Assembly: GCA_002269645.1 (NCBI GenBank)
Contig: NIVC01000414.1
Location: 248,001 to 312,000, forward strand
Source of the DNA: Macrostomum lignano
Taxonomy: Eukaryota
DNA length: 64,000 nt
Direction: 5' to 3'
Below, one piece after another: positions 1 through 12,914 of the stretch. The notes beneath the pieces were generated by a model. That model had not been told where the DNA came from, did not search any database, and worked only from the letters and a program-made list of their open reading frames with translations. Positions within the stretch are counted from its first letter, which is position 1. Every line of letters starts with the position of its first letter. The translations under genes were made by a program, and so were the position numbers.

Positions 1-469
1 TGAGAAAGAAAGTTTGTGTTTTTCATTTTGTACAAGCTACTTTATTCCAGAAGCCTAGGACTAGGAGCAAGGGTAAGACTGTATATCTGCAATAAACTGG
101 TGAAACCGGCGGATTTTTAACCTGCATGAATTCTAATCCCCGTCCCCGGAACTATTCTTAAGCATACTGCATTCTCAAAACTGAAGTCATACTCAAACAA
201 AAACTTGTTATTAGTTAGGAAAATGGAAGTAAGCAAAACCTGAAGTAACGATTACAACGAAGGAATGGTTATATGATGCTTTCCCAACATGGAATCTTGT
301 AATAAGAAACTTTTAAACCACAGTTGTTAGTGGTTTCCAGAATAAAACAGTTAAAACACTCGAAAAAACCTGAGCTTCTTATTTGCATCACGCGAAAGTT
401 TCAATCCTAAGTGCTAGCAAGCAAAAAATGCCTTGTTGGTTAGCAATCATTTTTACAACAATGTTTCAG

Positions 470-1836
470 TTGCGTGTCTATCCGTCTAAGTGGCTACCCG
501 ACCTAATTGCTAACCAAAGAGGCCAGCTTCAATGGCCAGCATCTCCCAAAATCGAGTCTCCAAGCTCCAAAGCAACTCAAACAACAAAAGCGCTGCAGTC
601 AACAGCTAATTTGATTCGTCTGGATCCAGCAGTTTGCAATGGAGCCAGCGATTGCGAGTTTTTACTTCACAGAGGCTCCCCGCTCTCCTTGTCCAGACAG
701 CTGGCATTCCGAATCGCCTCTAAAGTTAAGGAGGCTTTCATTGCCAGCACAGCCACTGTTTACGGACAGAAAAATCAGTTCCATCTCGCTCTGCCTGGTG
801 GCCAGTCGGCCCAAATGCTGATGCAGTTTCTGGCAGCATTGTCAAGGGATGACGACACTTTAGCCAACGCTTTTGCTACCACTTTGCATATTTGGGTTAC
901 AGATGAGCGATGTGTTCACGATGGTGAGTGAATCCATTGTTTTGCCACCTAACATGCTGTTTTAGTGCAGGCAAATGGGTGGGTCTAACATTAAATATCA
1001 GTGATAAGCTTGAAATAGCATATCAGCGTTTTGAACGCTGACACAGTGTTTACCTTTTATTTTAAAATCTTAAGTATAAGTACAAGTGCTTAGTAAAGAA
1101 CAGGAACACAACGTACACTAGAAATATGCGATGTTCGAGTCCGTTATTTAGTTGCGTATTTTTTGTATTCGTGTACCTATTTCAAAAGACTACAAAAACA
1201 TGTTTTGACTTTCCATTGTCAGATCCCGGATCCGTCACTCAAAACGAATCGCAACTCAACTCAGCCGTGATCGATCGAAACTTTCTGCAGCAACTTCCTT
1301 CAGCTGCCCGATTGCCACTCCATCATCTTCACTTTCCACGGCTGCTTACTGCGGATGTCGCTGGCTGCAGAGCTGCTGCAGATGCTTATGCAAGTGAAGT
1401 GGATAACTGGCTCAACTTCAGGAGTAATATTAGCGCCCTGCCACCTAGCTTTGACTTTGTTGTCCTTGGGGTTGGAACTGATGGGCATGCAGCATCGCTA
1501 TTCTCACCGCATGATTTGGATAAATGGGACCGCAGCATGCCCATCAGCTCTGCTGAAGACCAGCTATCGCAAGGATGTGAGCAATCAGCTCGCGTCACAA
1601 ATTCACCGAAGGCGCCTTTCTTACGCATCAGTCTTTCCTCCTGTAGAATTGCGAGTTCTAGCGAAGTTGCTTTTATTTTAGTCAGCAAAGCTAAACAAGC
1701 TGCTATCGACCTGATTGCAAAGCCCAGAGAAACTGAATTGAAAACTCCAATTTACGTTCACCTGTTGCGTCTAGTTGGAAAGAAACGTGGCAGATTATGG
1801 GTTGACCATTCTTTGGATTTCAACAATATTGTTTAG
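470..1836 (+). CDS. 6-phosphogluconolactonase-domain protein, probably the C-terminal part of bifunctional hexose-6-phosphate dehydrogenase/6PGL; exons 470-923 and 1223-1836, 5' exons not identified
   Basis: Motifs FHLALPGG, IWVTDERCV, FDFVVLGVGTDGHAASLF and RISLS typical of the 6PGL/glucosamine-6P isomerase fold. Acceptor tttcag at 469, donor gtgagt at 924 and acceptor tgtcag at 1222 join in frame (HD-DPGS). A linker of about 90 aa before the domain suggests H6PD. Confidence 0.7.
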
Positions 1837-2263
1837 AAATATGGCGGATCTCTGTTTTCCACTGTGCGAACCCATTACGACCTAAATGAATGCTAAAATG
1901 AAAAATACAAGTGACGAGCTTAATTGCTCTACAGTAAGTGCTAGCAACTAGCATATATATTTTATGTTGAGTATACTTGAACTTTTAACTGCCAAACTAT
2001 GCCGGGCCACCCGGTCGGCTGAAAGTTCTTAAAATATTTTTTCTCTTTACGAGGGCGCCTTTGCAAGCATTGACCGATTCTAACCTAATGTACTTTACCT
2101 ACACGTATCCCACTTTGCCTGTACGCCTTGTCTATGTCGCTAGTGCTTTGCTAGCGGAGATTCTCACCAAGTAACCTCCGCTGCCATAGACAATAAAATT
2201 AACGCCTTGAGCCAGAGTGAGGTTGGTTGAGCACTTTCTTCTACCATAGACAAAACGCGTCCC

Positions 2264-2334
2264 GCGAATACAGGGAGCGGAGAATACTCATAATCTCTGC
2301 GAATCTAGTCAATATTCTCCGCTCCTGCATTCGT
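2264..2334. repeat. Short imperfect inverted repeat/hairpin (MITE-like)
   Basis: gaatacagggagcggagaata (2266-2286) pairs with tattctccgctcctgcattc (2313-2332). Confidence 0.55.
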
Positions 2335-3319
2335 GAGATACATTTAAATAACCAACTGAAACTCTGAGAATGTGTATGGCAAATCTACTCGGCTTCGTCT
2401 CTGAGATTCTGCAAAGACATTCTTCTCGTTTCAGTAGGTTATTATACATGATTTTATTTTACTAAAATTGAGTGGACGTTATCAAATTCGTTATACTGCA
2501 ATTAATGCTGTAAGAGTCGCAAATGAGAAGTTTACTATAAAAGTACTCGTGACGTCAAGTAAAACGTGAGAAATGATTCATCTAAACATGTAGCACACAA
2601 AAGTTTATTTCCGAGAATACGAATAAGCACTTAATTATCTAACAGAGTTCAGTTAATATTGATTTGAGTTAGACTGGAAAAACCTGAGTAAATTAAACAC
2701 ATTGTCATAAATACACTGAGCTCCTAAATCAGAGGCATATCAGTGTTTTGATATTGTAAGAATACTCGTAAGAGAGAACAGAAGGAAGGGTATTTCAGAA
2801 GAAAGTACCGGGCAACTTAAAAGTTTTAAGATTGAGATAATTCACATAATTATTAGGTTAGGCCTACCTTCAATTTTGTGACACCTAATGGGATAGAGCC
2901 AGCCATCACGCCTGTCACAACTTTAGCGTTAACAGCACAGATTTGTTGGCGCAGTGAGATTTAACAAGATAAAGAATTAAAGAGCAACCCCGTGGTGAAA
3001 CTGTCAACAGCCTTGCTCTTTTTATTTTTGGCCTGACAGCAATTTCTCGAAACGTTTAACTGACCGGAGTCAAAATGATTTCCCAGTTGTAGGACAAAAG
3101 ACACCCTGCTGACAGCTGATCTCGAATTTGTTGAACAGCTTGGCCTCATGGCTACACGTTCCGTTGAGTCGGTTGACTCAATAGTTGCTAATGCTCAAAA
3201 TGTCGGCCCGAAGCGTCGAAAGACGTACTCACAAATTTTTTGGTCACGCATAGAAATTTCTATAGTGGATAAAGCCGATCTGATGAAGAATGGGGAAACT
3301 GATCGAGCTGGAGGTAATT

Positions 3320-4070
3320 CCATCGAGGAATGGAGAAGCTGAGCTGGGATCTGATGGGGAATGTGGAAGCTGAGCTGGGATCTGGTGGGGAATGGAGAAG
3401 CTGAGCTGGGATCTGATGGAGAATAGAGAAGCTGAGCTGGGATCTGATGGAGAAGAGAGAAGCTGAGCTGGGATCTGATGGAGAATAGAGAAGCTGAGCT
3501 GGGATCTGATGAAGAATAGAAAAGCTGAGCTGGGATCTGATGGATAATAGAGAAGCTGAGCTGGGATCTGATGGAGAATAGAGAAGCTGAGCTGGAATCT
3601 GATGGAGAATCTGAGCTGGGATCTGATGGAGAATAGAGAAGCTGAGCTGGGATCTGATGGAGAATAGAGAAGCTGAGCTGGGATCTGATGGAGAATAGAG
3701 AAGCTGAGCTGGAATCTGATGGAGAATCTGAGCTGGGATCTGATGGAGAATAGAGAAACTGAGCTGGGATCTGATGGAGAATAGAGAAGCTGAGCTGGGA
3801 TCTGATGGAGAATAGAGAAGCTGAGCTGGAATCTGATGGAGAATCTGAGCTGGGATCTGATGGAGAATAGAGAAACTGAGCTGGGATCTGATGGAGAATA
3901 GAGAAGCTGAGCTGGGATCTGATGGAGAATAGAGAAACTGAGCTGGGATCTGATGGAGAATAGAGAAGCTAAGCTGGGATCTGATGGGGAATGGGGAAGC
4001 TAAGCTGGGATCTAATGGAGAATAAGGAAGCTGAGCTGGGACCTGGTGGGGAATGGAGAAGCTGAGCTGA
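3320..4070. repeat. 31-bp tandem array (agagaagctgagctgggatctgatggagaat) with a 117-bp higher-order unit
   Basis: Direct reading. A 24-bp short variant recurs at 3601, 3718 and 3835, giving period 117 = 3x31+24. Confidence 0.9.
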
Positions 4071-4573
4071 TATTGCAGCAGTACTGCTGTTCCCCCAGAG
4101 CCAATGGGAGAGGCAGAAAGCTGGGCAGAGGCGGCCGCATAAGCCAGCAAAAGCAGCCGCATTCTGAGCAGGCAGGTGAGAAGTGCTTTGGTTTTCTCTG
4201 AGGCGTGTCGACGCGCAAACCAGCTTTTGTACCCCCGGGGGGGGGGGCTGGTTTTGCGCCTTTGTGCGTGCGCGGGGTTGGCGTGGGGGCTGTGCATTGT
4301 GTCGTTTTCTACCCTACCTGTGCAGCAGCCCGACCCCCGCCTGCTGAGGGTTTTTATGCCCGGTTTCAAATTTTGCGGCTGTTGCTTCGCTACTGTGTTC
4401 TCGCCAGCCTCTGCGTTCCTCTGTGTGCTCGTGGTGTTCCTTCCGGGCTGGGTACTGAGAACTCGCTACAGCTGCTCCAGGGCCAATAAAATCTGCTGCA
4501 GAGGCGGCCGCTGCCCTGCCGGACTCTCGGGCTGAGCTGAGACACCTGCCACTGACGGACTGAGCCTCCGGCC

Positions 4574-7500
4574 ATGGCAGAGCGAGGGAAATCACCATTT
4601 CCTGACGAAAAAGTAAGTTCGAGTGAAAAAACTGAAAGCATAATAATATTTGTAGGCTCAATTGCAGCTGCAGGAACTCACATGTTTGAATGTGCAGCTT
4701 GGGTGCCTCAATTGCAGTTGCAGGAACTCACTCACATGTTTGAATGTGCAGCTTGGGTGCCTCAATTGCAGTTGCAGGAACTCACTCACATGTTTGAATG
4801 TGCAGCTTGGGTGCCTCAATTGCAGTTGCAGGAACTCACTCACATGTTTGAATGTGCAGCTTGGGTGCCTCAATTGCAGTTGCAGGAACTCACTCACATG
4901 TTTGAATGTGCAGCTTGGGTGCCTCAATTGCAGTTGCAGGAACTCACTCACATGTTTGAATGTGCAGCTTGGGTGCCTCAATTGCAGTTGCAGGAACTCA
5001 CTCACATGTTTGAATGTGCAGCTTGGGTGCCTCAATTGCAGTTGCAGGAACTCACATGTTTGAATGAGCAGCTTGGGTGCCTCAATTGCAGTTGCAGGAA
5101 CTCACTCACATGTTTGAATGTGCAGCTTGGGTGCCTCAATTGCAGCTGCAGGAACTCACTCACATGTTTGAATGTGCAGCTTGGGTGCCTCAATTGCAGT
5201 TGCAGGAACTCACTCACATGTTTGAATGAGCAGCTTGGGTGCCTCAATTGCAGCTGCAGGAACTCACTCACATGTTTGAATGTGCAGCTTGGGTGCCTCA
5301 ATTGCAGCTGCAGGAACTCACTCACATGTTTGAATGTGCAGCTCGGGTGCCTCAATTGCAGTTGCAGGAACTCACTCACATGTTTGAATGAGCAGCTTGG
5401 GTGCCTCAATTGCAGCTGCAGGAACTCACTCACATGTTTGAATGTGCAGCTTGGGTGCCTCAATTGCAGCTGCAGGAACTCACTCACATGTTTGAATGTG
5501 CAGCTTGGGTGCCTCAATTGCAGTTGCAGGAACTCACTCACATGTTTGAATGAGCAGCTTGGGTGCCTCAATTGCAGCTGCTGGAACTCACTCACATGTT
5601 TTAATGTGCAGCTCGGGTGCCTCAATTGCAGTTGCAGGAACTCACTCACATGTTTGAATGTGCAGCTTGGGTGCCTCAATTGCAGTTGCAGGAACTCACT
5701 CACATGTTTGAATGTGCAGCTTGGGTGCCTCAATTGCAGTTGCAGGAACTCACTCACATGTTTGAATGTGCAGCTTGGGTGCCTCAATTTCAGTTGCAGG
5801 AACTCACTCACATGTTTGAATGTGCAGCTTGGGTGCCTCAATTGCAGTTGCAGGAACTCACTCACATGTTTGAATGTGCAGCTTGGGTGCCTCAATTGCA
5901 GTTGCAGGAACTCACTCAACCGGACCCCACCAACCGGGCAAGCGTCGGAGACTCACCAGCCGATCTCCAGACTCTCGCCCACGATGTCATCCGAGGTGAC
6001 TTCGGCCAGGTGCGGCGGCTGGCAACGCGCCAGCTGGTCACCAGCGCTGATGCAGCTCGTCGAACCGTCCTCATGCTGGCGGCCGACGCTCCTGAGACTC
6101 CCGTGCAGACTGAAAAGTGCATCTTGTACTTATTTGAGGTGGGCGCGAACCCCAAGGCGGCTGACGCGAACGGCGACACGGCTGCGCACCTGGCAGCCCG
6201 GCGGGACCACCTGCGGCTGCTGACGCTGCTGTCGTTCGATGCGAAGTGGCTGCGGAACGACAACGGCGCCACTCCGCTGATGGACGCGGCGCGGACTGGA
6301 AGCTGGAAATGCGCCAAGCACCTGCTGCACCTGCTCAGACTGTGGAGGCTTAATGAGGTTTTTCAGCACGGAAGCTCAAAGAGGACTCGGCTGCTCGGAC
6401 TGCAGGATCTCGAGGGTCGGACGGCGTCGGACCTGGCGAGGCTCAGCGGCCACTCAGAGCTGGCCAGCTACATCGAGCGGTGAGTGAGCAGTTCGCTGCT
6501 AGCTGTGTCCATCAAGTTTTGCAGCATTCGGCTGGGGTGGCCAGAGCTGCAGTCTCAGGCCAGCCAATCAGAGCCAGTCAGCTGAGCTTGTCTCTGGCTG
6601 ACTGCTTGATGGACGAGAGCTGTGATTGGCTGGCTGCCCTCCAGCCAATGGGGTGCCGGTTGATCTCAGTCGAGAATGGAAGCTGTAGGGCCTCGGTGTG
6701 CAGTGAGAGTGTGTGGGTTGAGCTGCAGATGGAGAACTGGGAGGCTGTGCGTGAGTGCTTTGTGAGACATTGTGAGGTGGAAGGAAACTCATGCTACAGA
6801 AATGGAAAATGAGCTGCATGTGAGAAGTCGGATGCGCTCTCGCCAATGCTGATTGTTGCAGAGCTGCTGCAGTCCTCTTGGAAACTCCATCTGCGAGCAG
6901 CTCAGATAATTAGAAATTTCTAGTTAGGATTTGAGAAAATTGCAAATTCGCAGCTCATTTTTGCTGTTGCAGGGAGATGCGGCTGGTTGTGGATGCAGAT
7001 GGCTGGATCTCCGGCCTGACAGACCAGGTGAGCGGCATCTGCAGTGCCGATGCGGCTGCAGCTGAGCTGGTGTGCTCAAATTTCTCGCTTGCCTTTGCAG
7101 GAGGAGGCGGATCGACGGAGACTGGAGCGGCTGGCCGAGGCGGGCGACTCAGCGGGGCTGCGGCAAGCGGCGACCCGCGGCAGCTGCGACCTGCCTGACG
7201 AATTTGGTCGCACCGCGTTGATGAAGGCAGCTGGAAACAGCTCGTGCTTTGATGAGGCTCTGTGGGAGCAGCTGGTGCAGCTGGGTGACCCCACCTGTGC
7301 GGATAGATGGGCTGGAAGTTGCCTGCACTTTGCAGCCAAGACTGGCAATTCTGCCGCAGCCTCCGCTCTGCTGGCTGCCGGAGCCTCCGCCAATGCCAGG
7401 GGTCAGTGTGAATCAACGCCCCTCATGCGGGCAGCCTACCATTCGCCCCCAGCCACCGCCGCCGCAGTCGGTCGGGTTCTGCTGGACTCAGGGGCGGATT

Positions 7501-10500
7501 GGAGTCTAAAGGACACAAACGGCAGGACTGCGCTGGATTTGGCCACACAGAAAGGAAAGAGCGAACTGGCTGAGCTGCTGCGTGGGTGAGTTTCCATGGC
7601 GACTGAGAATGTCTCTCTGACTTTGATTTATCATTGATAAACATTATGCTGTAATTTATGACTGAATATTGAGCAGCTGACTGCAGTTGCTCTGAGTGGG
7701 CATTTTTACATTTTTGTAGTTTAAATGGGCAGCAGACACTGACTGAGCTGCATTGAGGGAGTTTGCAGTGCAGTTTGACTGCAGATTGCCAGTTGAATAT
7801 TAATGTTCAGCTGCCTGCGAGCTGTGAGGCACCAGCTAGCATTTTGCTGTGACAATTAGAGTTCAAATTAACGTGGGTAGTTTTTTTGTGCCAATTTTCT
7901 GTGATATTACAGAATTTAATATGGGATTTTCCCTACTGGGCAGTTTAAATTCAGAATGAAGATCGATAAAATAGAATGAAGCACAGAGACTGGGCTCCCA
8001 CCTGACTTCCCCTGACTTCAGACTCCGCACTGCCTATTTAGGTTTGACGGCAAGATTTACTTCGACGAGCCACTGGCACTGGCGTGAGTTCCTTCAGGAC
8101 AGCTACAGCACACACAGCTACAGCACACACAGCTACAGCACACACAGCTACAGCACACACAGCTACAGCACACACAGCTACAGCACACACAGCTACAGCA
8201 CACACAGCTACAGCACACACAGCTACAGCACACACAGCTACAGCACACACAGCTACAGCACACACAGCTACAGCACACACAGCTACAGCACACACAGCTA
8301 CAGCACACACAGCTACAGCACACACAGCTACAGCACACACAGCTACAGCACACACAGCTACAGCACACACAGCTACAGCACACAGCTACAGCACACACAG
8401 CTACAGCACACACACAGCTATAGCACACACACAGCTACAGCACACACAGCTATAGCACACACACAGCTACAGCACACACAGCTACAGCACACACAGCTAC
8501 AGCACACACAGCTAGAGCAAACACAGCTACAGCACACACAGCTACAGCACACACACAGCTACAGCACACACAGCTACAGCACACAGCTACAGCACACAGC
8601 TACAGCACACACAGCTATAGCACACACAGCTACAGCACACACAGCTATAGCACACACACAGCTACAGCACACACAGCTACAGCACACACAGCTAGAGCAA
8701 ACACAGCTACAGCACACACAGCTACAGCACACACAGCTACAGCACACAGCTACAGCACACATCTACAGCACACACAGCTATAGCACACACACAGCTACAG
8801 CACACACAGCTAGAGCAAACACAGCTACAGCACACACAGCCACAGCACACACAGCTATAGCACACACAGCTACAGCACACAGCTACAGCACACACAGCTA
8901 CAGCACACAGCTACAGCACACAGCTACAGCATGCAAATTATCCCTCATTGCCTCAATTCGCATCCCCTCAGACCCGAAGGCCCCCCATTTCTGGAGCGCT
9001 GGGACGTCGTTCGCCTCATCGGCCGCGGAGGCTTCGGCGAAGTCCACGAAGTTCGAACTGACACGGGCGTCACGTGCGCTGCCAAGACTCTCAGACTGCC
9101 TGTGCAGCTCGGTGATGAGCTGCCCTCTGTGAGCACAGAGATCCACAGAGCTGTCGAGAGCGAGAGAAACCTGTGCCGACTGCGGCATCCCAACATCGTC
9201 AGGTTCTTGCACATCGCTCAGCCGGAGCCCGCCACAGTCGTTGTGTTCATGGAGCTGCTGAACGGCCGAAGCTTGGAGAGGTTTATCGACAACAAGCCGC
9301 TGGAAGAGCTGACGATTCGAGACTTCAGCGAGCAAGTGAGCATTGTGCATCCTTGATGCTCCTGTTCCATGTTCCCATGAATGATGACTGCTCACTGACC
9401 GACCGCTCGCAGATCTGCCGCGCGCTGCTCTACCTGCACAGCCGGCAGCCGCTCGTGATCCACAGAGACATCAACTGCTCCAACATGATTATTTGTGCTG
9501 ACAACACGCGAATCAAGCTGATCGACTTCGGCCTGTCAATCAAGCTGGAGTCAGTCACTCACGTCTCAGCCTCTAAAGCCACCCCCGAAGGCACTCTGAA
9601 CTTCTTGGCTCCGGAGCTGCTGGCACCGGAAGAGTCGGACAGCCCGCGGTACAGCAGAGAGTCGGACATCTGGGCGTTCGGCTGCTCGGTCTTCCAGATG
9701 GCCTCAGGCAGGCGGCCCTTCTCTGAGCACAAAATGCCGCACACGCTGCCCGAGAGGCTGAGAAGCAGCGGCGCCCCCGCCCTGCCGACGGGCTGCTCAG
9801 AGGAGCTGCAGGACTTCTACAGCCGCTGCACCGCCATGGACCGCAAAAGCAGAAAGTCCGCACTGGAGCTGATGGGGCACGAGTTCCTCATCGTCAGGTA
9901 CAAATTTTCAGTAATTCGGCTAGCCTTAGATACCTGTGCGATATGATGCTGATGCAGAGGTGAGACCACTGTTGCACTTTTAATCATTAGTCAAGCGGCC
10001 TCACCATGATCTCATGCTAAAGATGCGCCCCCCTGCTTTGTGCACTGATCACCGAGGCGCCAGCTTGAAGCTCAGAGAAATATTGTGCTCAATTCCTTTC
10101 GATGAAGCAGAAGCGCTGATCAGACTCAAAAACAATAGGACCAATTTGCTGCGAATCTGTGGGAGGGGGGCTGATTTGGCAGCTGAGTTTTACTGGAATG
10201 AAATCCAACCAATTCCTCCAACTGCTCTGACTCCCGTGCATCTCCTCATTTTAGGCTGTCTGCCAAAATTATGATCAGCGGCTCAACGCTTCCTGACTCG
10301 CTTTCCAATTTTCCCAACAGCCCCGTTTTCAGGGACAGCTGGGACTCCGTTCGCTTCGTTGCAAGAGGATTTTTTGGTGACATCCAGGAAGTTGTCACTG
10401 ACAGAGGCATCAGGTGCGCCGCCAAGACTCTCAACCTGCCTGTGCATCTCGGCGATCAGAAGGAGACGAAAACGAAGAACATCGATGCAGCTGTTGAGAG

Positions 10501-11259
10501 CGAGAGAAACCTGTGCCGACTGCGGCATCCCAACATCGTCAGGTTCTTGCACATCGCTCAGCCGGAGCCCGCCACAGTCGTTGTGTTCATGGAGCTGCTG
10601 GACGGCCCAAGCTTGGAGAGGTTTATCGACAACCAGCCGCTGGACGAGCCAAAGATTCGAGACTTCAGCGAGCAGGTGAGTATTGTGCATCCTTGATGCT
10701 CCTGTTCCATGTTCCCATGAATGATGACTGCTCACTGACCGACCGCTCGCAGATCTGCCGCGCGCTGCTCTACCTGCACAGCCGGCAGCCGCCAGTGATC
10801 CACAGAGACATCAACTGCTCGAACATAATTGTTTGTGCTAACAACTCGCGAATCAAGCTGATCGACTTCGGCCTGTCAATCAGGCTGGAGCAGATAGTCA
10901 GCCGCCACTCATCTTTCCCAGAGGCACCCAAAGGCACTCTAAACTTCATGGCGCCAGAGCTGCTCGGAATTGCCGCCTCTGAATGTGAGCAGTACAGCAG
11001 AGAGTCGGACATCTGGGCGTTCGGCTGCTCGGTCTTCCAGATGGCCTCCGGAACCGAACCGTTCTCAAAAGTCAAAAGCTTCTGGGAAATGGCACGGCAT
11101 CTTGAGAGGAGTGGCGCCCCCGCCCTACCGGATGGCCGGTCCGCAGAGCTGAGGGATTTCTACAGCCGCTGCACCGCCAGAGACCGCAGGGAGAGAAAGT
11201 CAGCACAGGAGCTGCTGGAGCACGAGTTCCTGGCAAGAAAGTCGAACTCGCAGCGCTAA
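4574..11259 (+). CDS. Ankyrin-repeat plus tandem dual Ser/Thr kinase (MAP3K/STE11-like) protein, predicted about 967 aa; exons 4574-4612, 5908-6479, 6973-7027, 7101-7585, 8042-8083, 8972-9335, 9413-9897, 10321-10675, 10753-11259
   Basis: GT-AG sites at every junction with consistent phases; summed CDS is 2904 nt. ANK motifs GDTAAHLAA, GATPLMDAA, GRTALMKAA, STPLMRAA and GRTALDLA. Kinase 1 has GRGGFG, AAK, HRDINCSN, DFG, GTLNFLAPE and DIWAFGC; kinase 2 has the same set. The 9897-10321 splice joining the two kinases is the least certain. Confidence 0.75.
4660..5918. repeat. 54-bp tandem array (about 23 copies) in intron 1; the unit includes the 3' splice site and first bases of exon 2
   Basis: Unit gaactcactcacatgtttgaatgtgcagcttgggtgcctcaattgcagttgcag; the last copy runs directly into the ankyrin exon at 5908. 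Confidence 0.9.
8096..8930. repeat. 15-bp minisatellite (cagctacagcacaca)n, intronic
   Basis: Direct reading; lies between donor 8084 and acceptor 8971. Confidence 0.95.
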
Positions 11260-12069
11260 GCCGAGATGCCTCTGAAGCTGTTTCTGAAGATTTCTGTTTT
11301 TGGCAGCCTAGCTTACAATACTTGTTTTTGAACCTTCCTAATATCATCCCTATATGTGATGAAATGCCTGCTCCAGTTAGCGTTTCGATTTTACCATTTT
11401 AGCGAATGTTTTGATACCAGCGCATGTACTTTTGTTTCGTGCTGTGTACTTTTGCACAAATTAAAACATACTAAAATTTGATTGAACTTTCTGACTGGCA
11501 GATTTTACTTTAACTACGAGTACTAAGTTCCATTTCTACAATGACGTTATGATTTTTTCAAGACCTTGTAATCAATTTTCTAGCGGACTGGAAATTTCTG
11601 ACATCTGCCTGCTCGCATGGAGACAAAATTTACTTAACTTTTTTATTTCTTGTCTCGAGTTATCCCGATTTTCGCCTTTATCTCAAAACTGTTTTATGAA
11701 TTTCCCTAAGACACGGGTGTGCCTGCTTCAATTCCCTTGTGACTGAGTGCCCGATGCACCCATCAACTTCTCACCTTGCCAGCTTGTTTGTCTGCACCGC
11801 AGGCGTTACCGCCTCTCTGGTTTCTCTGCCCGCCACTCTTTTACTCTCTGCCCTCTCTCAAGCAGTTAAGCTGCTCAAATGCCAGACTGTACTCAAGTTA
11901 TTTTGTGAGCTTTGTGACGAATTAATCAAATATACTCATGTGTGACTCTCTAGTATGCCGGAACTGCCCGACTCTCAGCACCGAGTGGCCGCCGTTTTTG
12001 CTTTACTCAACTGCTGATTAAATTAAATGAAATTGGGGGAGTGGGAGAGAGAGAGTGCTGAAGTAGCAA

Positions 12070-12232
12070 CTACAGAGAGAGTAGAGGCAGCTGCAGAGAG
12101 AGTAGAGGCAGTTGCAGAGAGAGTAGAGACAGCTGCAGAGAGAGTAGAGACAGCTGCAGAGAGAGTAGAGACAGCTGCAGAGAGAGTAGAGACAGCTGCA
12201 GAGAGAGTAGAGACAGCTGCAGAGAGAGTAGA
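12070..12232. repeat. 21-bp tandem array (gcagagagagtagagacagct)
   Basis: About 8 copies read directly. Confidence 0.9.
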
Positions 12233-12235
12233 CGT

Positions 12236-12910
12236 TGCGGACGCTGCCTCTGTCTAAGGCACCCAACGTTGCAGACGCTGCTTCTGTCTAAGGCACCCAA
12301 CATGGCGGATGCTGCCTCTGTCTAAGGCACCCAACGTTGCGGACGCTGCCTCTGTCTAAGGCGCCCAACGTTGCAGACGCTGCTTCTGTCTAAGGCACCC
12401 AACATGGCGGATGCTGCCTCTGTCTAAGGCACCCAACGCTGCGGACGCTGCCTCTGTCTAAGGCGCCCAACGTTGCGGACGCTGCCTCTGTCTAAGGCAC
12501 CCAACGCTGCGGACGCTGCCTCTGTCTAAGGCACCCAACGTCTCGGACGCTGCCTCTGTCTAAGGCGCCCAACGCTGCGGACGCTGCCTCTGTCTAAGGC
12601 ACCCAACGTTGCGGACGCTGCCTCTGTCTAAGGCGCCCAACGTTGCGGACGCTGCCTCTGTCTAAGGCACCCAACGCTGCGGACGCTGCCTCTCTCTAAG
12701 GCACCCAACGCTGCGGACGCTGCCTCTGTCTAAGGCACCCAACGCTGCGGATGCTGCCTCTGTCTAAGGCACCCAACGCTGCGGACGCTGCCTCTGTCTA
12801 AGGCACCCAACGCTGCGGACGCTGCCTCTGTCTAAGGCGCCCAACGTTGCGGACGCTGCCTCTGTCTAAGGCACCCAACGCTGCGGACGCTGCCTCTGTC
12901 TAAGGCACCT
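12236..12910. repeat. 34-bp tandem array (gctgcctctgtctaaggcacccaacgttgcggac)
   Basis: About 19-20 copies read directly. Confidence 0.9.
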
Positions 12911-12914
12911 GATT

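Noticed and set aside
3260-4369. Long ORFs made of repeats (3260-4369, 4574-6223 frame, 8044-9132, 13161-13970, 60325-60803, 61597-63756)
   Set aside because: They are translations of tandem arrays in introns or intergenic DNA, with no domain content.
4660-5918. CRISPR-like regular repeats (also 13155-14045, 27127-28900 and 61600-63682)
   Set aside because: Head-to-tail tandem units with no unique spacers, eukaryotic context and no cas genes.
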